The position numbers and the translations under genes are program-made. Shown piece after piece: positions 32,798-40,900 of a stretch of DNA of 64,000 nucleotides (positions are counted from its first letter, which is position 1; each line of letters starts with the position of its first letter). This stretch comes from Candidatus Omnitrophota bacterium (GTDB lineage Bacteria; Omnitrophota; Gorgyraeia; Gygaellales; Profunditerraquicolaceae). Below the pieces are notes generated by a model. It was given only the letters and a program-made list of their open reading frames with translations. It searched no databases and was not told where the DNA came from. Location: assembly GCA_028716705.1 (NCBI GenBank), contig JAQUPI010000003.1:7737-71736 (forward strand), given 5' to 3'.

Positions 32798-32848
32798 AAT
32801 TGGTTTTAAAAATAGGATTAATTAACAAATTTAGAGGAGGTGAGAAGG

Positions 32849-33178
32849 ATGGACGAGAATAACGGGTTTAAAGAGGACCGCAGGATTTTCGAAAGATTTT
32901 CTGCTGTCATGCCCGCGAATTTGATCGATCTGGACGCGGGAAAGGAATTGGAAGCAACTACTTGCGACGTAAGCGCAAAAGGCGTAGGGGTAGTGTGCGA
33001 AGAGCATTTAACACCGGGAAACCGTTTAGAGTTGTGGTTAAGGATCAAAGACGGGAGAGAACCGCTTTACACCAAAGGCACGGTAATGTGGGCCAGGCCG
33101 GAAGAAGGCAAATGCAGGGCGGGTATCTTGTTGGAGAGGGCAGAATTGATGGGTATGGCGCGAATACTCAGATCGTAA
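32849..33178 (+). CDS. Single-domain PilZ protein (predicted c-di-GMP receptor). A GTG at 32840 is an alternative start.
   Basis: AGGAGG RBS at 32835-32840. Canonical PilZ motifs 'RRIFER' (RxxxR) and 'DVSAKG' (DxSxxG). It lies 52 nt after the giant ORF stop. Confidence 0.8.
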   Translation: MDENNGFKEDRRIFERFSAVMPANLIDLDAGKELEATTCDVSAKGVGVVCEEHLTPGNRLELWLRIKDGREPLYTKGTVMWARPEEGKCRAGILLERAELMGMARILRS

Positions 33179-33231
33179 GGAATAAAGGGTAAAATCTACA
33201 ATAAAATCCAGTAAAAAAAAGAAATTCTTGC

Positions 33232-33259
33232 TTGACAAAACGTATTTATATGTTATACT
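33232..33259 (+). promoter_or_regulatory. Sigma70-type promoter: TTGACA - 16 bp - TATACT with TGn extended -10
   Basis: TTGACA at 33232-33237 and TGTTATACT at 33251-33259, at near-consensus spacing. Confidence 0.55.
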
Positions 33260-33276
33260 TTCAACTAGTTAAGGAA

Positions 33277-33376
33277 TTAAGAAAACGCTTTCTTAACTAT
33301 TTTATAAAGTCTGAACTAAAGGAACGCCACGGTCCTTTAACGAACTTTTTTTGTTATAGGATGGTGGCGTTTTTTA
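33277..33376 (+). promoter_or_regulatory. Structured 5' leader with three hairpins, two of them terminator-like and mutually exclusive (possible attenuator or riboswitch-like element)
   Basis: H1: TTAAGAAA-acgc-TTTCTTAA (33277-33296). H2: AAAGGA-[9-nt loop]-TCCTTT (33318-33338), followed by a run of 7 T. H3: AACGCCAC (33323-33330) pairs with GTGGCGTT (33364-33371), followed by TTTTT and then the RBS GGAG and the ATG at 33393. H2 and H3 share the 'ACGCCAC' segment, so they cannot form together. Confidence 0.45.
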
Positions 33377-33392
33377 TTGGAGTAAAAAACCA

Positions 33393-34916
33393 ATGTTGAG
33401 AAAATTCAGGCTAAAGCTGGTTTACGGTTTCATATTCAGCCTCTTTATTCATGCCTTTTCTTTTGCCATGGCGAAAGAAATCAACATCCCCAGCCAGTTC
33501 GGTAGCACAAAAGAAATATTCCAGCCCGCGAATCCCGGCCCTTCCGCAGAACGCACCATCATCCATATACAGGACGCGCATTGTAATTATGAGGCCCAAA
33601 AAAACATGGCCCAGCTCTTAGATTATTTGGCCAAAGATGACAATCTTAAACTGATCATGGTCGAAGGCGGTAGCGGGGACGTCAGCTTGCGGTTTTTAAG
33701 GGGCTACGCGGATAAGAAGGCCAGAGAACAGGTCGCGGAAAAATACCTTAAGGCGGGAAAGATCTCCGGCGAAGAGTATTTGGATATCGTTTCCGATCAC
33801 GCTATAGAGCTTTACGGGATAGAGGATGAAGGCTTGTATGAAGCGCATTTGGCGAGTTTCCAAAAAGTGGATTCTTTCAGGCAGAAGGCGCTGCAAGATT
33901 TAGGGGCCTTAGCAGGCATAGTAAATGGGCTCAAATCCAGGATATATCCGGAAGATCTGCGGCGTTTAGACGAACAAAAAAGCAGTTATGAGGGGCAAAA
34001 GACCGCGTTAGCCGAATATTGCCGCTTCCTTAATAATACAGCCGCAAAAAAGAGGATCGGCCTTGGCGCTTACCCGCACCTGGGCGCCTTTTCAGAGACT
34101 GCCCGCCTGGAAAAAGAACTGGACCTTAGGCAAGCGGAAGCCCAGCGCAACGCTTTCATCAAGGATCTGGCCAAGCTTTTAAACGAAAGAGAGGCGCAGA
34201 ACCTTATCCTTATGACCCAGGGTTTTAAGGCAAAAATGATCACTCCTGAGAAATATTATTCTTTTTTGTTGGACACCGCCACCGAACAAAAGATCAACCT
34301 GAGCCGCAGGTACCCTGAGCTTGGCGCTTATATCAGGTACGTGACCACAAGCGGGAATGTAGACGCGGCCGAGCTTTTAAAGGAAGTAAACGCGGCAGAA
34401 GAGAAGATAAAAGACGCTTCATTGAGCAGCCCTGAACAGAAGAAATTATCCGAGATTGACAAATCCCTCCATATCTTGACCAAAATACTGAACTTGGAAT
34501 TGACCCCTGAAGATTACGCGTATTTCAAAGAAAACACGCGCCGGTTCATGACTGCCGGTTGGATAGGTTTTTTAAATGAAGAGTGCGACAAATATAATTT
34601 TTCCACCCGGCCTTTTTTTGTCAAGGCCATCGATGAAAACCTGAAGGAGCTTGACGGATTTTACCGGTTGGGAGTAGCAAGGGAAGAGGCCTTTATCAAT
34701 AATTTGGCGGCCAAGCTCGACGATTCAAAAGAAAAGACCGCGGCGCTCATTACCGGCGGGTTCCACACGCCGGGCATTACCCGCAATTTAAAGAACCGCG
34801 GTTATTCTTATATAGTAGTCACCCCGGTGATCACGCAGAAAAGCGAACCGGACCTTTATTTTTCCGTGCTAAGAAGCGAGAAAAGACAGCCCGTAAGGGT
34901 TTCCGATGAAGAATAG
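33393..34916 (+). CDS. Exported hypothetical protein (507 aa) with an N-terminal signal peptide; possible ChaN/EreA/Tiki-superfamily fold
   Basis: RBS GGAG. Hydrophobic N-terminus 'LVYGFIFSLFIHAFSFAMA'. The 'TIIHIQDAHCNYEAQKNMAQLLDYLAKDDNLKLIMVEGG' pattern is reminiscent of the ChaN/EreA N-terminal block (weak). The stop overlaps the next gene by 11 nt. Confidence 0.7.
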   Translation: MLRKFRLKLVYGFIFSLFIHAFSFAMAKEINIPSQFGSTKEIFQPANPGPSAERTIIHIQDAHCNYEAQKNMAQLLDYLAKDDNLKLIMVEGGSGDVSLRFLRGYADKKAREQVAEKYLKAGKISGEEYLDIVSDHAIELYGIEDEGLYEAHLASFQKVDSFRQKALQDLGALAGIVNGLKSRIYPEDLRRLDEQKSSYEGQKTALAEYCRFLNNTAAKKRIGLGAYPHLGAFSETARLEKELDLRQAEAQRNAFIKDLAKLLNEREAQNLILMTQGFKAKMITPEKYYSFLLDTATEQKINLSRRYPELGAYIRYVTTSGNVDAAELLKEVNAAEEKIKDASLSSPEQKKLSEIDKSLHILTKILNLELTPEDYAYFKENTRRFMTAGWIGFLNEECDKYNFSTRPFFVKAIDENLKELDGFYRLGVAREEAFINNLAAKLDDSKEKTAALITGGFHTPGITRNLKNRGYSYIVVTPVITQKSEPDLYFSVLRSEKRQPVRVSDEE

Positions 34917-37900
34917 ATTAAATAGAAAACAATTAAAAAGGAGAATGAAAATGAACGCAGGGAATTTCCACAAGAGTTTATTGGCCAGGATAATGAGCCT
35001 TATCATTATCGTAAATTTCATTATTACCACCGGCCCTGTGAGCCTTTACGCGCAGGACATGTTGAAGGCGCCGTCAGCGGTCCAGAAAAATGACAGTCCT
35101 GTCCAGAATTTGATCGACGATCTCAGGGCGACGCAGGCAGGCCGTGAAATAGCCGCCTTTAAACGGATCGGCATACTCACCAGCGGCGGCCCGGCTTCCG
35201 GACATAACGCGGCCATTTACGCGGCAGTCGAAAAAATGAAAGAGCAGGGCATAGAGGCAGTGGCGATCCTGGACGGTTTTGACGGATTATACGAGGAGAA
35301 ATTAGTCAGCCAGGCACGGCCCCTTAGCCTGGAAGAGGCAAGGTCCCAGCGCAATAAAGGCGGGACAATGCTCGGTACTGACCGCATGAACCCCTTTGAG
35401 GCTAAAAATGTCGCAAACGGAGTTCCGCAGGCGATCTGGACGAATATCCAGAAGCTGAAACTGGACGGCTTGATCGTTCTCGGAGGCAACGACAGCCAGA
35501 GCACGTCTTATAAATTACAACAAGAGCATCCGGATTTCCCGATCATAGGCCTGGCTAAGACTATGGATAATGATCTGGCTTTACCTGAATTGGATGCTTT
35601 AACCTACGGTTTTGATACTTTTGTCAGGGAAACCACAAGGGCCCTGATAAAAATGATCCGCGATTGCCGCTCTATGAGAAGGATCGGGGTGGTTGAGGTA
35701 TTCGGCAGGAGCGCGGGGCATGTAGCGTTGCACGCCGGAGCCAATGTCAGGGCAAGCCGTACACTTTTACCCGAGGAAGGCAACCTTGATCTAGAGCAAC
35801 TGGTGAGCGACCTTAGAGAGAGCAAAAATAATGATAAATACAGAGCAGCCTTGTTAGTAGTTTCAGAAGGCATAAGTATAAGCAAGGATTACAAGAATAA
35901 CGCAGGCATATTGGAAAAAGCTTTTGCCGAAGACGAAGTGGCCAAGGCGGCTTTTGAAAAGGCGGTTAAGGGCGCCAAAAAAGATTCCTTCGGTAATCCT
36001 AAACTGGAGAATACCGGGAAAATCATCGCCGCGGTCTTGCGCTCGCAGGGTTTAGCCGTGAGCGAAGACCAGGTTAAATACATCGCGCGTTCGGCCAACC
36101 CTTCAAAGTTAGATATCGCCATGACAGAGCTTATAGGCCGCGCGGCGGTAGAAAATCTTTTGCAGGGAAACCATGGCCGCATTTTATACGCCTATAACAA
36201 TCAAGCCAGGTCTATCCCGTTCGCCTCGGACGTGGGGGGCAGAGTAGCGGACCTGACAGGGCATAAGCAGCTGTATTTAAGGGCGAACCAGGCCTTTGAT
36301 ATTAAGGTATCGGATAAGCCGGCTCTGAATTTTGCGAATACGGCTGAAGTCAATAGCGCGATAGCCGGCATATTGGCTGTCAGCGACAAGGCTGTCAGCG
36401 TGCTTGATGAAGAACGCCTGAGGAGCCAGCTTATTGATAACCTGGTTTATGACGCTACATTCGGCAGCGATAAGGAAGTAGTTAAGCTTTGCCGCCGGCT
36501 CATTAAAGACACCGCAGCCGCCCAAGGCGCGGTGCTCGGTTCTGTTTATGAGCTTTACAGGGCGAAAGCGAAAGATAAAAAACAATATACAGTCCCGGCG
36601 ATAAATATCAGGGGCATGGGTTACAATACCAGCAGGGCGGTATTCGCCTCAGCCATAGATAACAATGCCGATAAGTTCATCTTCGAGATCGCAAGGAGCG
36701 AGATAGGTTATACGGCTCAGCGGCCGGCGGAACTAGTTACCTCCGTTTTAGCGGCGGCGATCAAGGAAGGCTATAACCTGCCTGTATACCTGCAAGGCGA
36801 TCATTTTCAGGTTACGCTTAAGGACTATACGGCAAGCCCGGAAAAAGCAAAAGATTATATTAAAGGGTTGATCCGCGAGGCGATAGAAGCGGGCTTCTAT
36901 CAGGTAGACCTGGATATGTCACAACTAGTGGATTATACCAAGGCCGATGTTCAAGAGCAGCAGGAACTGAACTACAAATTAGTGGCTGAACTTACCGCTT
37001 ACGTGAGGGATTTGGAAAGGGAATTAGGTTTAGACAGAGCGGGTATCGTTGTTAATTTGGGCGGTGAAATAGGAGAGATCGGCAAGGGCTTAGCCGAAAA
37101 GGACCAGAAGAACAGCACCGTCGCGGAATTAAGGGCGTTTATGGACGGTTACAACGCTGAATTAAAGCGCCTCAGCCAGGAAAAAGGATACGAGCTGAAC
37201 CCTATCACAAAAATCGCGATCCAGACCGGCACTCAGCATGGCGGCATCAGAAACGCCAAAGGTGAATTGGTCAGGGCCAAGGTTAGTTTTAACGCCATTG
37301 CCGAACTCGGTAAAGTAGCCAGGGAAGAATACAGCCTGGCGGGCGTAGTGCAGCATGGCGCGTCCACCCTTCCCGAAGATAATTTTACGCTTTTCGCGGG
37401 CAACACCCCGGAAGGCCTGGTTATTGATGAAAGCCTTTTGAATGAGGCTTCTAAAAATATATTGAGCACCAACCCCGCCGCCGAAGTGCATCTGGCTACG
37501 GCTTATCAAGACACGATCATCGATCATCCCAGGATGCCCGCTTCTATGGTTTCCCAAATGAGGGAATACATTTTCAGCAAAAATCCGGTTAAGGAAAACC
37601 AGAACGCGGACGGAGTCTTTGTTTCCAACCGCAAAAATGTTTGGGGCCCGTTCAAGGCCCAGGTATGGAACCTGCCTGCTGGCGTGCAAGAAGCTATGCG
37701 CGACAGCCTGCGCGGACAATTCGACGTGGTCTTTAACAATATGGGGGTGAAGAATTCATCCCAGGCGCTTATCGCGCAAAAGGCCTCCGAAAAGGCAAAG
37801 CTTGTTAAAACAAGACTGGCTATAAATAACCCCGGTGGGCAAGAACGGGAGCTTATCAGGCTTTGGCTGGCAGGCAAATCCGCCGGTATCGACTTAGTCG

Positions 37901-40900
37901 GCGTAAACGGTATTTCTCCGGGCAGCCTGTATTATCTTTTAACCAAGGATTTCACCGCCTCCCCGGATGTCAGGGCATGGTTCACCGCTAATTTCACTTC
38001 GCTGCCGGAAGGCATAGGCGACAAAAACAAGAAACTCATTCTGCCTGTCACTGAAATTATCGACGCTAAGGACTTGCCTTGGAAGAAATTGAACCCGGAT
38101 GTCGTGCTTGAGGGTTCGGATCCGCAGCTGGCGGCCAGCCATAAGAGCCAGGGCGCGAAATCCGTCATTGTTGCCCACCCGGCTTTAACCGCGGTCAGCG
38201 CCTTAATGCCGGTCATTTCCGTCATGGGCGACCAGATCAAAGGCATCAATTTTACGGATATCCAGCCGCCTACGCCTTTACAGCGCGGCCTTGATAATTC
38301 CGGTCCGGACCCGGTATTGATGCGGGCCATGGGGATTAACCTCGTTCCTTCATTAAGAAAGGACATAGACAAATATGTGCAGGCATTATGCCCCGCGGAT
38401 CTAGCCGCGCATATAAAGGGCGCGATCAATTTTGCGCCTCAGGCGTTAGGTTCATTGCTGGACGTTCATATAGTCGTAAATAAAGATACTGACGCCGCGG
38501 CTATAAATAAACTGTTCAAGGCCGCGATCGAAGGCGTTTTAAAAGGCAAGGTATCTTACTCGCAGGATTCCTCTCTGGTATCCGTGGATACTTACCAGCA
38601 GCCGCAGCTTATCTTCTTGGCCAACAACACGAAGGTTACCGGGAAGAGGATCGTGCATTTACAATTCATGCACAATGAGGAGGCGACCTTTGCCGCGACG
38701 CAAGTACCTTTATTACTGCAGGCGCTGAAGGAGGGAAAAGCCCCCTCGATTATTACATCCAAAGATACTCAAACTATCTCCGCGGACGCTCAGGTAGTCT
38801 TGGATATCATCCAGGCAGAGCAGTCTAAGATGGCCAGGCCCGCGTTCCTGGGTACCAACCTGGCTTTTATTCCCGCTCTCGACGGCAACGTCAAGCCGCG
38901 TATCGTAGTTCGCGGCAAGGCCGTTAGTCCCGCGATCGTAGGTATAAACGGTCCCGGAAGAGTGGGCAGGCCTTCGACCTGGGCAATGCAGGGGGACCCG
39001 AATGTCGACCTGAGGATGATCAACGGTTCTTCCAGCGCTTTGATCCTGTCATGGTTATTGTCCGAAGATTCCGTGCAGCAGTCAATATCAAAGCCGGTCA
39101 CAAGAATAGTAATAACCCCCGCGCAGTTAAAGAGGGAAGTTTCCTCTCTGCTGGGCAGCTACAGTATCGAGCAGGTAAACGGATTCTTGACCGGCCTGCT
39201 TAGCTCTCAAAGATTATACCTGCTTAAAGAAAAAGAAGAATTCGTTCCTTACATCAAAAACCTCCTGGCCTCTTGGGGCAAGCCCAGTAATGAGCTTGAT
39301 TCCGCGGCCAATTGGTTGCTGAAGAGCCTGGTAGGCGTTTTAGATATTAACGGTAAAAAAGTCCTGGTAGTTAACGAGAGAAAAGCGATCACGGAACTTC
39401 CCTGGGACGTAGCAGGCATAAAGACGATCATGGAGTGTACCGGGGATCTGAAGAACGCTGACGAAGCCAGGCAGCATCTGGCGCATATTTCCGGAGGCAA
39501 GGTGATCATATCCGCTCCGGCCGAAGGAGCAGGCCAGTCTATCGTCTTGGGCGTAGTAGAGCCCAGCCGCGCTGCTCAGATCGTGGATAATGCCAGCTGC
39601 ACCACCAACTGTTTAATGCCTATGGTCGCGGTTTTGAATAAGGCATTCGGCGTGCTCATGCAGGAGATCACCACTGTCCATGCTTATACCACCGACCAGA
39701 CTTACGCCAGACAGGCAACACATAAAAAGGAAGCTACCCGCGGGAGGGACGCAAGGACGAACAGCCTTCCCGGTTCTACCGGAGCTGCCAAAACCGCCGC
39801 CGTTATATATCCGGACCTTGCCGGAAGGTCCGACGGTTGGGCAGTGCGCACGCCTCACGTCACCGGTTCTGCCGTAGCCCTGACCGCTACACTTAAGGGC
39901 AATGTGACCAAAGAACAGATACAGGCGGCGTTTAAGAGCGCCAGCGAAAAGGAAATGGCCGGGATCATGGCTTATACCCAGGCCCCGATCGTTTCTTCAA
40001 TGATCATCGGCAACCCGGCTTCCAGCATCATTGACGGTAATGCCATTGAAATCATCAGCTACGACGAAGAACTTGACCAGACCACAGCCGGTATTACCTC
40101 CTGGTATGACAATGAATATGGTTTCTCAAACCGTATGGTGAACCTTGCCGTAGCCCTGCAAGGCTTCTCTTTGATCAAAGGGAAAGCCCTGGCAGACATA
40201 GGCCCCAAAACCGTCGAGTTATTTGAAAACAAAATAAAAGAGATCTCTCCTGCCACGGTAGTCTGGAACGGGCCGATGGGCGTAGTGGAAGTTGCGGCTA
40301 CGAGCAAGGGTACTGACGGAGTGGCCATGGCGATCACCGCCTTAGGCGATAAAGTAGTTAAGGTTGTGGGAGGGGGGGATACCTTAAAGACGCTTTCGGA
40401 AGAAGAACGCGAGAAATTCACGCACGTCTCAACCGGCGGCGGCGCCTTCCTGGAGGCATTTCAATTCGGCGTGGATAATCTCCCGGGGATTAAGGCCCTG
40501 ATCGATCCTTCCACGGGCAAGATGGCGACGATGGACGGGCTCCTGCCGGTTTTGAAAGAGGGAGATACCGTCTTGATACGAGTTGACTTCAACGTGCCTT
40601 TGGATTCGCAATTAAAAGTAACAGATAGCACCAGGATCAAAGAAACAATGGTTACCATAAGGCCGTTGTTAGAGAAAAAGGCCAAGGTCATCCTGATGAG
40701 CCATTTAGGCCGGCCTAACGGGAAATTCGACGCTAAGCTTACCATGAACCCGGTGGCTTATGAACTGCAGAAACTCTTGCTAAAAACCAAAGTACATAAA
40801 TTGGATGACTGCGTGGGTAAGCCCGTGCAGGATTTTATCCAGAATACGGTAAAGCCCGGTGAAGTCGTAATGCTGGAGAATACCCGTTTTCGGTTAGACG

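Noticed and set aside
139-31696. Many 60-190-aa minus-strand and off-frame ORFs listed in the six-frame track inside the giant ORF (e.g. 139-702, 2329-2817, 6892-7350, 27676-28185)
   Set aside because: All are embedded in the 32.7-kb stop-free + frame, which carries recognisable domains. They have no RBS or motif support and are typical antisense noise in a long coding region.
32440-32620. Short periodic DNA repeat considered as a possible CRISPR or minisatellite
   Set aside because: The period is ~9 nt and in-frame, with no spacer/repeat alternation at CRISPR scale (28-37 nt repeats). It is a coding low-complexity repeat.
32197-32775. 192-aa extremely hydrophobic ORF on the minus strand
   Set aside because: It is exactly antisense to the K/I/R-rich periodic tail of the giant + strand ORF. 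The hydrophobicity is a complement artefact of the AAG/ATA-rich repeats, and it lies fully inside a much longer, motif-supported ORF.
2-32797. Possibility that the giant ORF is several ordinary genes joined by frameshift or assembly error
   Set aside because: There is no stop codon in more than 10,900 consecutive codons, and motif-bearing modules are spread along the same frame from 440 to 32600. Chimeric misassembly cannot be excluded from sequence alone, but ORF continuity argues for a genuine giant gene.
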